Source of the DNA: an uncultured virus (IMG/VR IMGVR_UViG_3300049982_000206)
Taxonomy: Duplodnaviria; Heunggongvirae; Uroviricota; Caudoviricetes
Virus record (IMG/VR): IMGVR_UViG_3300049982_000206
Reading direction: 5' to 3' (one strand)
Length of the DNA stretch: 64,000 nt
Shown here: piece by piece, positions 36,754 to 46,521 of the stretch
How the letters are laid out: each line of letters begins with the position of its first letter
Numbering within the stretch: the stretch's first letter is position 1
Made by a program: the position numbers and the translations under genes
Notes under the pieces: generated by a model
The model's input: the letters and a program-made list of their open reading frames with translations, nothing else
What the model was told of the DNA's origin: nothing
Databases searched by the model: none

Positions 36754-37247
36754 CTGAGACTGACGCCTGGCCGTACGACGCTCGCCAGCACGACCCGCTC
36801 ACCGTGATGCGCATTGCGGTCGTCGGGTCGCTCTGCCCGCGCTACACGTACCTCGTGGCGCTGTGCGTCAACGAGAACCCAGACACCATGCTCTGGTACG
36901 GCCAACGGCCCAACGAGCGCGAGGCCGCGCAGGTCAAGGCGTTCGTTGACTGGCGGCGTCACCAGTACAGCGGCACCTGGGTCGCAAACCACTTCGACCC
37001 CAAGCCGTTCGACATCGACAACAGTGCCGCCGGATGCACGCTGATCAAGCGCGGCGAAAACGACTGGGCCTACGTCGTCGACACCTGGCGTATGGCCGTA
37101 CCGGTGCCGGAGACGTGGGAGGGCAAAGAGCAACCCCTCGACCTGCCTGGCCTCCTCGACAGGATCAATGGCTGGGGCGACCGGCAGAACCCGGCTTGGG
37201 AGCAGTGGAAGGCCGACCGGCCCGACGCGTTCGGGGTGGCAGCATGA
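36750..37247 (+). CDS. conserved actinophage hypothetical protein
   Basis: 'WPYDARQHDPLT..RI.VV..W..RP...EA..PFD.D'. Confidence 0.7.
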   Translation: MTETDAWPYDARQHDPLTVMRIAVVGSLCPRYTYLVALCVNENPDTMLWYGQRPNEREAAQVKAFVDWRRHQYSGTWVANHFDPKPFDIDNSAAGCTLIKRGENDWAYVVDTWRMAVPVPETWEGKEQPLDLPGLLDRINGWGDRQNPAWEQWKADRPDAFGVAA

Positions 37248-37831
37248 AACTTCGAGAGTGCCGCAGGTGCCATCGCGTTGGCGAACGTAGCTTTGCCCCG
37301 GCCGGTAGCGAGAACGACATCTGGGAGTGCAGCAACGATCGCGCCTGCGCATCCCGGGCCTCGTCCCGCTTGGTCGCCGGCAAGCCGACAGTGACCGGTC
37401 ACCGGATGAGCCAGAACGAGCACCGCGAGGCCGTCCTCACGATCACCCTGGTCGGCGAACACGTCTACCGGCGCTTCGCCACCCGCATGCTCGACGCCCA
37501 GGTCGAGTTTCACCGCATGGGCCGCAAGATCCTCGACGCGCCCGTTGCCAAGCACAACTGGCGCATCGACAACACCGCCGACGGATTCCGGAAACACCAC
37601 GTCGACGGGATAGACGATCCGGTAGTCACGATCGTCATCGTCGGGTGGCACGACATCCACCGGCTCGCCTACAACATGCTCCGCTGGCAGGTGGAATTCT
37701 CCGCGATGGGCCGCCAGATCCTGAAGTCCCACCGGCGCGCCGTCGGCCGCCAGACCTGGCGAGCCCTGTGGGAGATGTACCACGGCACCGCCGAGAAGCC
37801 GATGACCTTCACATGGAAGAGAGACCTCTGA
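37244..37831 (+). CDS. hypothetical protein with internal duplication
   Basis: two copies of 'V.TI..VG.H..R.A..ML..QVEF..MGR.IL'. Confidence 0.7.
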   Translation: MKLRECRRCHRVGERSFAPAGSENDIWECSNDRACASRASSRLVAGKPTVTGHRMSQNEHREAVLTITLVGEHVYRRFATRMLDAQVEFHRMGRKILDAPVAKHNWRIDNTADGFRKHHVDGIDDPVVTIVIVGWHDIHRLAYNMLRWQVEFSAMGRQILKSHRRAVGRQTWRALWEMYHGTAEKPMTFTWKRDL

Positions 37832-38403
37832 TGACAAACGACGAAGTGGTCCACATCGTCAGCACTCCGCAGCACCTGCTCGGCCGGTTCGCCGATGCCC
37901 TCGCTTTCGTGGGCATCGACATGGATACTCCGCGCGCGCTGTGCGGCGTGAGCCTCGTCGACCGCGCCGAGCCGCCTACCCCGGAGCCCGGCCCGGATGT
38001 CCCGACCTGCCCGAAGTGTCGGGCCAAGAACATCCGAATCACTGCTGACGGTGTACTCACTGCCAGTGAGCTGGGTGCCGCGAGCATCCAAGCTCACATT
38101 GCCGATCGGGAAGCCGACGCTGCGCCGTCGACCGATGCCCACGCGGAGCTGCCCGCGAAGCGCCGCACGGAGGTGGACGACGCCTGGTGGGAGGAAGTCA
38201 CCAGCGGCGGTCCCGACTCGACCTGGTGCATCCACCTGCATGGCCCGGACGACATCCTGCCCGCGGCCTCTCGCCGCGACGCCATCCTCCGGGCAAACCA
38301 GATGAACACCGCCATGGTCAGGGATCACCTCGGCCTGTTCGACGAAGAAGGCATGGCCCCCGCGATGTGGGCAGTACCGGCCATGCGGAAGGACGTCTCA
38401 TGA
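37831..38403 (+). CDS. hypothetical zinc-finger protein
   Basis: H..ALCG..CPKC. Confidence 0.65.
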   Translation: MTNDEVVHIVSTPQHLLGRFADALAFVGIDMDTPRALCGVSLVDRAEPPTPEPGPDVPTCPKCRAKNIRITADGVLTASELGAASIQAHIADREADAAPSTDAHAELPAKRRTEVDDAWWEEVTSGGPDSTWCIHLHGPDDILPAASRRDAILRANQMNTAMVRDHLGLFDEEGMAPAMWAVPAMRKDVS

Positions 38404-39197
38404 GCGGCCTACGCGAGGCGCTGGAGGGGGCGGTGACGGTGGTTGAGCAGGGCATCGCGCGGTCGACCCGGCCAGACCGCGAGGGCTTCCTGATGACCAG
38501 CCATGTTCGTCAGATCCTCGCTGCCTATCCTGACCTGTGCCACAACGGCCATCCGTTCGAACCCGGCGTCGACACAGACATGGAAGCCGAAGGCCGCACA
38601 CCGGACCCACGCTGGTGCAACGTCTGCGGTGAAGCCCGCCAAGCGATCACCGATGCTGTTGTCGATGGAGTGGAACTGGCTGCTGCGAAGGCCATGTTCG
38701 CTGAGGAGCAGTGCGACCGTCGACAGCGCGAGGATGTCGACGCCAACTGGAACGAGCGTCTTGACGATGATGACCGCGCCGAGTATCGGCGGCTTGCTCG
38801 CGCCGCGCTGACGGCCGCCGGCCAGATGTCCGGCCTGTTGGCGGGGGCTGCCGGGAGCGGGGTCGGGTCGCGGGCTGAGGCAGTCGGCCCCCGGCCGCTA
38901 CTGGACCGTGAAGCGGTGAAGCAGGCCCTACTGGCGGTATGGCTCCGAGAGGCCGAGGCCAAGACGGTCGACAGCCCGGAAGGGCACTGCGACCGACTCG
39001 CCGGCGCCGTGCTGGCGCTGGCCCGCCCGATGCCAACTCGCGAGACGTTGGCGGCCGCCGTGGACCCAGAGGCCTTCGACGAGACACGGCAGCGGTCGGC
39101 GCAACCGGCAGCCGTCGTCCAGTGGGCTGCTCGCCAGCACATGGCGTACAGCGCCGCCGATGCCGTGCTGGTGCTCATGAACGGGAGCCAGTTATGA
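38400..39197 (+). CDS. hypothetical mosaic protein
   Basis: ATGA overlap. Confidence 0.65.
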   Translation: MSGLREALEGAVTVVEQGIARSTRPDREGFLMTSHVRQILAAYPDLCHNGHPFEPGVDTDMEAEGRTPDPRWCNVCGEARQAITDAVVDGVELAAAKAMFAEEQCDRRQREDVDANWNERLDDDDRAEYRRLARAALTAAGQMSGLLAGAAGSGVGSRAEAVGPRPLLDREAVKQALLAVWLREAEAKTVDSPEGHCDRLAGAVLALARPMPTRETLAAAVDPEAFDETRQRSAQPAAVVQWAARQHMAYSAADAVLVLMNGSQL

Positions 39198-39697
39198 ACG
39201 ACGAGCAGCGCATGCGTGAGCACCTGGACTCTTGTGTGTGGGTCGACCCGGGTCGCCAGTCAGGTCAGCCATGTTTCGGCGGTACGAGAGTCCCGGTTCT
39301 CCCGTTCATGAAGATCGTGGATGAGGCGGGAGTCGAGGCAGCGAAGGCGTTCTGGCCGTCCGTGACTGACGCGCATGTCGAGGCTGGGCGCGCTCTGTTG
39401 ACGTTCCTCCAGCCGCAACCAGTAGACCGTGCGGCCATCTCCAAGGTGTTCGATGAGCACCAGATCTACATCGACCACTGGGACGAGTTCGTCTGCACCT
39501 GCGCGTGGGTTCCTGACGATATGGCGCATCGCTACCACGAGCATCGGATGCATTTGCGGGATGCCATTGCGGCGCTGCTGACCGATAGCGCCACCGAGCC
39601 CGATGCACCGTACGTCGCTCCGGACTGGTCACCCGAGCAGCGCGTGGAAGCGGCACGCATCCTCGCCGAACGGAACGCTGGGGAGCTGCAGGCATGA
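39194..39697 (+). CDS. DUF433-domain protein
   Basis: 'VDPGRQSGQPCFGGTRVPV...WPSVT..V'. Confidence 0.7.
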   Translation: MNDEQRMREHLDSCVWVDPGRQSGQPCFGGTRVPVLPFMKIVDEAGVEAAKAFWPSVTDAHVEAGRALLTFLQPQPVDRAAISKVFDEHQIYIDHWDEFVCTCAWVPDDMAHRYHEHRMHLRDAIAALLTDSATEPDAPYVAPDWSPEQRVEAARILAERNAGELQA

Positions 39698-39918
39698 GCA
39701 TCGAAGACGACCTCAAGATCGCGGCTCTACTCCGCGAGGCCGGCGCCAACGTCGACGAAGCGGTCTACTGGGCTAACCGGCTCCGTGTTAGCGCGCGCGT
39801 CATCGCCGACAAGAAGCTCGCTGCAGCGGTTGTGCTGAGTCTCCTCGGCGAGGCGTTCATCCCGGAGGCCAAGCGGCAGCCCCTCGTGAAGAAGATCATG
39901 AAGGTGATGGGTCGATGA
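39694..39918 (+). CDS. hypothetical protein
   Basis: ATGA overlap. Confidence 0.6.
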   Translation: MSIEDDLKIAALLREAGANVDEAVYWANRLRVSARVIADKKLAAAVVLSLLGEAFIPEAKRQPLVKKIMKVMGR

Positions 39919-40274
39919 GCGCCATCTATCCGACCGGCGTACGCCGCATCAACGAGATCGAGGACTCGGGCCCGCTCGTTGCCCTCACAGTCGAAGTCGA
40001 CCTCGACCTGCTCATGCTCGAACTCGCATCCCAGACCTGGAACGAGTTCAGCGGCCGGACGTGGGAGGACTACCACGACGAGCCCACCGCGATCTGGGAC
40101 GCACCCACCGAGCGACCCGAGCCGATGGTCGGCTGGTTCCGGCGGATCCCCGCCAACCGCGGCAATTGCCTCTGTGGTGGCTTCCACAGCTTCGACCTGT
40201 TCGAGGTCAGCTGCACTGACAAGCCCACCGGTACGGCGGCCCGCGGCGCGTTCCTGGCGGTGTACTTCGCATGA
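39915..40274 (+). CDS. hypothetical protein
   Basis: ATGA overlap. Confidence 0.65.
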   Translation: MSAIYPTGVRRINEIEDSGPLVALTVEVDLDLLMLELASQTWNEFSGRTWEDYHDEPTAIWDAPTERPEPMVGWFRRIPANRGNCLCGGFHSFDLFEVSCTDKPTGTAARGAFLAVYFA

Positions 40275-40627
40275 CCAGGCACAGCAGCGTCACCACACCG
40301 AAGGCACGCAAGCCGCACACCTGCGAGAGCTGCAGGCGGACGATCCACCCTGGCGAGAAATACATCCGCCAGTTCATCGCGGACGGCCAGGTAGCGGTGT
40401 ACGTCGAGTGCATCCACTGCAACACACTCGCGGACCTCTGGGACCTCTACCAGTGGACGAACTGCGAGGGCTACGGACGCGAGGACTTCGAGGAGTACGG
40501 CCGCGACTGCGCCCACCTCGACACCCTGCGCGACGCCCGCTGGTACGTGCAGTGGAAGCGACAGTGGCGCCGGTACGACGGCACGCTGTACTCGATCCCA
40601 TCCCTGCCCCATGAGGACGCCGCATGA
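40271..40627 (+). CDS. zinc-binding phage protein
   Basis: 'KARKPHTCESCRRTIHPGEKY..C..C'. Confidence 0.7.
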   Translation: MTRHSSVTTPKARKPHTCESCRRTIHPGEKYIRQFIADGQVAVYVECIHCNTLADLWDLYQWTNCEGYGREDFEEYGRDCAHLDTLRDARWYVQWKRQWRRYDGTLYSIPSLPHEDAA

Positions 40628-40927
40628 GCCATGAACCGACAGCACCCGGCAACCACCACCACGTCGTAGTCGTTAGATTCGACTGCGGCTGTATCGGCGT
40701 CCTGTGCCCGCACCACGCGCAGCCGGACTACATCCGCGCTGCTGGTTGCACCCGCCCACACAAGGCATTCCCGCCCGCTGGAGCGCAGGAGTGAACCACT
40801 GCCCGACCTGCCACGCCCACCGCGGCCAGACCCGCCGGCCAATCCTCGTCAGCAACCAACCCCCGCCGCCCGAATGCCCCGACGGCTGGCACTACCCACC
40901 GCCCCACTACATCCAGGAGATCGCGTC

Positions 40928-41566
40928 GTGACCGAGACGAAGACCGCGGCCGGATTCGTTGCCGAGCGGATCGAGGAATCCCAGCGCTACATCGCGTTGC
41001 TCGACGGCCTCCAGCGCCGGGGTACAACCGATGCGATGCGGGAAGGCATGTACTCGGGGTTCTCCGCGCAGCACTACGGCATGGCCTACCTGATGCAGAT
41101 CCTGCACACGATTGCCCCTGAGATCGCTGACCGTGCCGCCGTCGACCTCACCGACGCGCTCGACATAGGCGAGGCCGCCGGGATCGACGACATGACCGCC
41201 GCGCTCGCTGCTGGCGACCCCGCAGCCTGGAACCTGGACGAGGTCATCGGCGACCGCGAAGACCTCCGCGACCTGTACCACTCGATCCGCGAGCTGTACC
41301 GGTTCCGGCTGCTGTACAACGCCGGACTCTTCAACGAGTGGGCCGCCGCTGGCCTGTACGACGTCCACAAGTCCCGCCTCCACCACGACGGCGAGGTCCC
41401 GTTCGGCAACCCGAACCTGTTCAAGGTCACCGCCCAACTGTCGACCGGGCAGATCTCAAACCACTACGTCCTGAAGGACTGGGACCTGTTCCGTCGACGG
41501 GCACGTCCTGATCATCCCGAAGGTCCACGTTGCCCACGCCGCCGAGAACCCCCAGGTCACCGGTGA
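40928..41566 (+). CDS. phage protein ('ELY..R.LYNA.LFNEWA..YDVHKS..H.DGE' family), C-terminus probably lost
   Basis: AGGAG RBS; sequence after WDLF reads as out-of-frame HIT sequence. Confidence 0.65.
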   Translation: MTETKTAAGFVAERIEESQRYIALLDGLQRRGTTDAMREGMYSGFSAQHYGMAYLMQILHTIAPEIADRAAVDLTDALDIGEAAGIDDMTAALAAGDPAAWNLDEVIGDREDLRDLYHSIRELYRFRLLYNAGLFNEWAAAGLYDVHKSRLHHDGEVPFGNPNLFKVTAQLSTGQISNHYVLKDWDLFRRRARPDHPEGPRCPRRREPPGHR

Positions 41567-41858
41567 CACCATGGCGTGCGCCTCGGAGTACGCCGGGATC
41601 TACGACAGCTTCAATCTGATCACCAGCGCCGGCCGAGCCGCCACCCAGTCGATCGACCACCTGCACATCCACGTCGTACCGCGCACCGTCGACGACAAGC
41701 TCATGACGCCCTGGGGAACGATCTACGGCGACGAGCCCACCGCGCCGCACTGGTGCCGCGTCGCACAGGAGCTGCAGGACTCGGTTGCCGCGCGCATCCG
41801 GTCAGGCCGTGACCAGATCAGCATCGAAAACGCTGAGGAGTTCGTGCGCGATGTATGA
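41493..41858 (+). pseudogene. N-terminally truncated HIT-family hydrolase
   Basis: in-frame GHVLIIPKVHV upstream of ATG 41571 and HLHIHVVPR motif; no start between in-frame TGA 41472 and GHVL. Confidence 0.7.
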
Positions 41859-42094
41859 CCACGACCGCCGGATCACGAAAAGAGACGGCGTGTGAGCCCA
41901 GACGGCAGCCCGGCGTCCGCCCCAGTACCACCGCGGTCGACGCCGGATGTGTGCCCGTGCGGCACTGTGCAGTGCGCGCTCGTGGACACCGGCTACCCCT
42001 GGTGCGTTCGCTGCCTGGACCATCACCGGCATCCCGAGACGTGTTCAGGCATCACGCCGACCGGCGACCGCGCGGACTGATCAGAAACTGTCCC

Positions 42095-42110
42095 TCAGCG
42101 TGTGTACGCT
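42095..42110 (+). promoter_or_regulatory. class I box/-10 without canonical hairpin
   Basis: TCAGCGTGTGTACGCT. Confidence 0.6.
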
Positions 42111-42145
42111 CCGGAACAACCCTGAGCACCCCTGGAGACGCCGCC

Positions 42146-42469
42146 ATGCAGCCTGAGCAGGTCCAGTACATCCGCGATCGCTTGACCGATTGGGAAGCCG
42201 TTCCCAAGGCATGCATGCCGACCATTCGTGCGTTTGGTGGCGATCCACAGATGTCGACCATTCAGGTGACCGAGCCGAGCGGCCGGCGATTGTGGTCGAG
42301 CGACGAACTCGTCCGCACGGCGCGGCACCTGCAAGTCCTGGTCGACACCTGCGAAGCCAGCCTCAGCCGGCCCGAGGGCGATCCGGATCGCGCGTGGGCA
42401 GTCACGGTCCTCAGCGGGCTCCTCCTGATCTGGGCCGATCAGCCCGACTACCCGAAGGCGCGGACATGA
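42146..42469 (+). CDS. hypothetical protein (DUF6221-like C-terminus)
   Basis: 'VL..L...WADQPDY'. Confidence 0.6.
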   Translation: MQPEQVQYIRDRLTDWEAVPKACMPTIRAFGGDPQMSTIQVTEPSGRRLWSSDELVRTARHLQVLVDTCEASLSRPEGDPDRAWAVTVLSGLLLIWADQPDYPKART

Positions 42470-42858
42470 CGACCGACCCAATGGACCAACTGCAGCACGC
42501 CGCACACCTGCTCCGGTCGCTCGCCAGTACGACGCCAGAGACTCCCCCATCGATCGTCGAGCAGACCGAAAGCATCCGTAGCCTCCGCGGGATCGTCGAG
42601 AGCGTTGGCGCGCTGGTCGGGACGATCGCCGAGCGGGCCGGCTCCGAGACGACCGACGTCGACGGCTACGTCAGCCGCGTCAAGAACCCCGTCCACGCCC
42701 ACACCCAACTCGCCGCGGCCCGCCTGGTCCTCACCACCGCAAGCGAACGCATCCGAGACGCAGCCAGCTTCATCAGCGCAGGCGAGATCGCCCTCGCGCG
42801 CCTCACCCCCGCACCGCCCACCGCCATGGACGACAGCACGGAGGATCCCGATGACTGA
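42466..42858 (+). CDS. hypothetical helical protein
   Basis: ATGA overlap. Confidence 0.65.
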   Translation: MTTDPMDQLQHAAHLLRSLASTTPETPPSIVEQTESIRSLRGIVESVGALVGTIAERAGSETTDVDGYVSRVKNPVHAHTQLAAARLVLTTASERIRDAASFISAGEIALARLTPAPPTAMDDSTEDPDD

Positions 42859-43249
42859 CACCGCAATCGCCGTCACCGACACCCGTTTCCGCGACGTACT
42901 GATCACGATCGCCGACCAAGTCGTCGCCTCCACCGGTGAAGGCCGCAACGGGGATGTGTTCCACGCGTACCGCGAGCAGGTCGACTTCTTCGAGTCTCGG
43001 GCCGAGATCCCTTACACGGTGTGGCTACGCGAACAGATCGAAGCGGCGCTGCAGTCGCCAGCCGACGAGAAGACCCGCGCCATGCTCGACGCCCGAACCC
43101 GGTTCGGCGAGACCGTCGGCATGACCGCGGACATCAAGCTCGACCGGATCCGCGGCGTACTGGACAAAGTCGACCCGCACGCAGCCGACGACCTTGACGC
43201 ACTGCTCGACTTCGTTGCCGAGATCCGCAAGGTCGCGAAGGACATCTGA
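42851..43249 (+). CDS. hypothetical protein
   Basis: GGAGG RBS. Confidence 0.65.
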   Translation: MTDTAIAVTDTRFRDVLITIADQVVASTGEGRNGDVFHAYREQVDFFESRAEIPYTVWLREQIEAALQSPADEKTRAMLDARTRFGETVGMTADIKLDRIRGVLDKVDPHAADDLDALLDFVAEIRKVAKDI

Positions 43250-43590
43250 TGTCAACCGACCTGGTTCCAGCCCACTTCGATACCTCGATCCCGCATCCGT
43301 TGATCGAGTGGATCGGCGAAGTCATCGACCAGGACGAGATGCGGGCAACACACCCAACCTTCTGCGGACCAGTCTGGCCGACAACCGACCAGATCCTGGC
43401 CCAGATCGCCGGCCACCGGGCGCTGCTCGCCGAACATCTGGTCGCCCATACCGGAACGTCCTACCAGCACTGCATCCGGTGCGCTGACCACGAGGCTCAT
43501 GACGCTCTGCGCGGGCCTTGCCGGACTGTCCGTGTCCTCGGGGCGATCTACTCCGATCGCCCGGGCTACCGAGAGGAGTGGCGGCCATGA
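43249..43590 (+). CDS. DUF6221-family protein
   Basis: 'PCRTVRVLGAIYSDRPGYREEWRP'. Confidence 0.7.
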   Translation: MSTDLVPAHFDTSIPHPLIEWIGEVIDQDEMRATHPTFCGPVWPTTDQILAQIAGHRALLAEHLVAHTGTSYQHCIRCADHEAHDALRGPCRTVRVLGAIYSDRPGYREEWRP

Positions 43591-43856
43591 GCGACAAGGC
43601 GTTCGGCTTTCGGCGGCGCTGCTCATGGTGCGGCGTCCAGCTCCGCGGCTGGCAGATCAACCTCTGTCGGGCCTGCAAGCTGCGCACCGGCGACGCTGGG
43701 ATCTACCTGCAGTCCGGCGGCCCACCCTGCCGTGAGCGCTCGCGGTGGGAGGCCGAGCCCGACGATGCACCGGCAGCGGTACGACGGTTCGTGATCGCGC
43801 TGCAGGAGTCCTTAGGCCTTCGGTACAGCGAGATCCGCTGGCGTCGGCGCCGGTAG
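43587..43856 (+). CDS. small zinc-finger protein
   Basis: CxxC..CxxC. Confidence 0.55.
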   Translation: MSDKAFGFRRRCSWCGVQLRGWQINLCRACKLRTGDAGIYLQSGGPPCRERSRWEAEPDDAPAAVRRFVIALQESLGLRYSEIRWRRRR

Positions 43857-43857
43857 C

Positions 43858-43910
43858 TTCACTCCGATGGTAAGCGGGTGTACGCTGGCCTGATCCGGGT
43901 GAGCAGCCGG
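43858..43910 (+). promoter_or_regulatory. class I unit
   Basis: TTCACT-17-TACGCT; CCGG-GTGAGCAG-CCGG. Confidence 0.8.
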
Positions 43911-43927
43911 TATGACGGGAGAACGAG

Positions 43928-44182
43928 ATGTCGATTAGCTACAGCGCATTCGAGGCGATGTATCAGGGCGGCGACGAGGATACGGCGCACGTGTTCCGGT
44001 CCTCGGTCGACGCCCGCGTGTGGATGTGCAACATCCCGATCGTGGACGTGGCGACTGGGCTCCAGGGGTCGACGTCGATCCGTCGCATCAAGGCGTACGT
44101 TGAGGAGATCCACGGCAGCGGCGGGACGTGGACTCAGACCGACTCGGAGAACTGGCAGTACGAGGTGACTGCTGATGCCTGA
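43928..44182 (+). CDS. hypothetical protein
   Basis: GGGAG RBS. Confidence 0.7.
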   Translation: MSISYSAFEAMYQGGDEDTAHVFRSSVDARVWMCNIPIVDVATGLQGSTSIRRIKAYVEEIHGSGGTWTQTDSENWQYEVTADA

Positions 44183-44402
44183 GACGGCCGATCTCGCCTA
44201 CGGTCGCGACGCGTCGTTCTACGAGTTCCCGGACGTTCGCTCGGTGAAGGCCCTGCACCTCCCGCGCAATCCGGACGAGCCGATCCTGCCGCGCTGCACG
44301 CCGAACATGTACCTCGATGAGTTCACCAGCCGACCGGTTGCAAATGTTCCCGAGAACGCACGCTGCATGCGCAACGGTTGCCGTCAGGGATGGCCGTCAT
44401 GA
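44175..44402 (+). CDS. small Cys protein
   Basis: 'RCMRNGCR..WP'. Confidence 0.6.
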   Translation: MPETADLAYGRDASFYEFPDVRSVKALHLPRNPDEPILPRCTPNMYLDEFTSRPVANVPENARCMRNGCRQGWPS

Positions 44403-44647
44403 CTACTGTCGATCCGATTGCCTGGGCACGCCGCGCCAACGGCGCCCGGATGTTCACCGCCACACGGCGGCACTACCGTCAGCCTCAATCCGAACGGACA
44501 CTCTGCGGCGTCGTGATCCCTCCTCGCGTCCTCGCCCCATCACAGACCCGGACCGCCACCCCGTTGTCGCTGACGACCCTCAGCCCAGCCGAGATAGCCG
44601 CCGAGCCCGAGTGCTCCCGGTGTGCTGCGATCAGAGGTATGTCGTGA
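44399..44647 (+). CDS. small zinc-finger protein
   Basis: H..TLCG..CxxC. Confidence 0.6.
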   Translation: MTTVDPIAWARRANGARMFTATRRHYRQPQSERTLCGVVIPPRVLAPSQTRTATPLSLTTLSPAEIAAEPECSRCAAIRGMS

Positions 44648-45132
44648 GCCCCGACGAGTTGGAGCCCGGCGCGCGCGTGATCCGCGCCAGCGACGCTGCC
44701 GACCCGCGCGATGGCAGCGCCAACGTGGTCCGACTCCGACCGGGCGGGATGGTCGAATTGCTGCTGGACCGAGAGATCGCGGCCGAATCTGACCGGCTGT
44801 GTGTGCTGCCGGCCTGCGACGTTCGCAGAGTGACAACCGACCTGTCGCACATTTCCGCCAGTTACCGCCAGTGCAGCGACACGGTCCGGAACCACCGCGC
44901 CTGGTACGACCTGCCCTACTCCGCTGTCCCGTGGAACACCAACCGTGCTGTCGTGCACAAGGTCGTAGCCATCCACGGCACGATGTTCACCGGCTGGCAG
45001 TCAGGCGGTACCCGCGTCGTTGGCGTGACCGCGTGTGGCAAGGGTCGGAGCGGCAACCTGGAACTCGACCGCGACGACACCGGCACGTTCCCGCTGTGCG
45101 CTCGCTGCTGGCCGAAGGGCTCCCGGCCATGA
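44644..45132 (+). CDS. hypothetical zinc-finger protein
   Basis: VVH..TACG..LCARC. Confidence 0.6.
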   Translation: MSPDELEPGARVIRASDAADPRDGSANVVRLRPGGMVELLLDREIAAESDRLCVLPACDVRRVTTDLSHISASYRQCSDTVRNHRAWYDLPYSAVPWNTNRAVVHKVVAIHGTMFTGWQSGGTRVVGVTACGKGRSGNLELDRDDTGTFPLCARCWPKGSRP

Positions 45133-45347
45133 CGTCGCCGATCGTCTTCACGCACTTACGCATGCTCGACCCAGACTGGACGCCCTCCACAGGCCAGAAG
45201 TACGCCGACGCCCCGAAAGCGCGAATGCAGGTCACGCGCATGACCGCGACCACCGTCTACTACCGGTACGCCGATGGCGGCGGCCGGTTCAGCATGCCCC
45301 GTGCAACCTGGGATCGCGACTACGCCGACGCGACGTTATCGACGTAG
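45129..45347 (+). CDS. hypothetical protein
   Basis: ATGA overlap. Confidence 0.6.
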   Translation: MTSPIVFTHLRMLDPDWTPSTGQKYADAPKARMQVTRMTATTVYYRYADGGGRFSMPRATWDRDYADATLST

Positions 45348-45359
45348 CGGTGCCAGCGT
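45325..45359 (+). promoter_or_regulatory. class II promoter, leaderless
   Basis: CCGACGCGAC-N19-CAGCGT-N7-ATG 45367. Confidence 0.65.
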
Positions 45360-45366
45360 GCGGGGC

Positions 45367-45591
45367 ATGACCCGAACCCGCGTGCTAGCCGAACACCCCG
45401 GTCATCGCAACACACCCGGCGCCCCCGAACCGATCGTCCCGGCCTACCCGACCGGCTGGTCCGGGTTCAAGGCCCGCCGCGCCTGCCGGAAGGCTGGCGG
45501 CCACTACTGGCACCCCAGCGACGGGATGATCGGTTGGGGATGCTGCAACTGCGGCGCCCGCACCGACGGCATGCCTTGGGATGGCCGCTGA
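45367..45591 (+). CDS. small Cys protein
   Basis: ATG at predicted TSS. Confidence 0.55.
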   Translation: MTRTRVLAEHPGHRNTPGAPEPIVPAYPTGWSGFKARRACRKAGGHYWHPSDGMIGWGCCNCGARTDGMPWDGR

Positions 45592-46184
45592 TGGTCGAAA
45601 GTACGGAAACGATCCGGCTGGTACCGCGGGCCCCTGGCGAGCAGGAAGCAGGCCCCCGGTCGGTCATCGACTGGGCGATTGAGTTCTCCGTGGACAGATT
45701 GTTCGTCGACCAGGCTGCTGTTGTGGACATGGCACTCAGGAGCTACCTGGACCTCGGGTGTAAGGCCGCTGTCGCGGCAGACGTGGACCTGTTCGGCGAG
45801 CCCGAGGTGACAGTCGAACCGGCTGAATGGGTCGCGAACTGGAGTGACGACGGCGGCGGTGCATTGGTCCGCGAAAGCGCTGCTCGCGCGGCGATGCGCT
45901 GGGGTGAACCGCGTGGGGTGTTCTACCGGATCACCTGGCGGGCCGCGAAGAAGCCGATGCGCCCGATGAAGCGCAGCGACATCGACGACCAACACGTCAT
46001 CGACCTCGCGCAGCAGTGGGTAGATGCCAAGGCTGCGCATCCGGGAGTCGTCATGGCACTCGTTGCCGAGGGCATCCCCGAGAAGCTGGCACTGTCCAAG
46101 GTCGAACACCTCGACCTGCGCGGATTCCTCGACTGCGGCACCACGCCGTACTTCTCCTGGCCGACCGGGAAGAAGCTGTCGTGA
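45591..46184 (+). CDS. hypothetical protein
   Basis: TGATG coupling. Confidence 0.6.
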   Translation: MVESTETIRLVPRAPGEQEAGPRSVIDWAIEFSVDRLFVDQAAVVDMALRSYLDLGCKAAVAADVDLFGEPEVTVEPAEWVANWSDDGGGALVRESAARAAMRWGEPRGVFYRITWRAAKKPMRPMKRSDIDDQHVIDLAQQWVDAKAAHPGVVMALVAEGIPEKLALSKVEHLDLRGFLDCGTTPYFSWPTGKKLS

Positions 46185-46272
46185 ACGGCCGGACGCTTCG
46201 CTACTGCGCAGCGGCGTACATCGCTGCTGTCGCGCTGGTCGTCACAGGTGTGATCGTCTCGGGGTTCGTCTC

Positions 46273-46521
46273 GTGAGCGAAGAACTGTGCACCTGCTGCG
46301 ACCTGCCGCTGTACTCGTGCGGGCGCGCGATCGAGGAACAGCGCCAACGCGAGCATCGCGCACGCCGCGAACGGGCCCTGGCCGAACCGGGCGTCGTCGC
46401 TGCACAGCACCGCATCCCATCCTGCCCAGGCTGCCGAGCAACCGTCCCGGCCGGCGACCCGATCCGCCGTACCGCCGACGGCTGGGTCGGTGTGCTCTGC
46501 TGCTCCGGACTGGACGACTGA
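46273..46521 (+). CDS. small Cys-rich protein
   Basis: 'C.CCDLP..SCG..C..C..GDPI..GW'. Confidence 0.6.
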   Translation: MSEELCTCCDLPLYSCGRAIEEQRQREHRARRERALAEPGVVAAQHRIPSCPGCRATVPAGDPIRRTADGWVGVLCCSGLDD

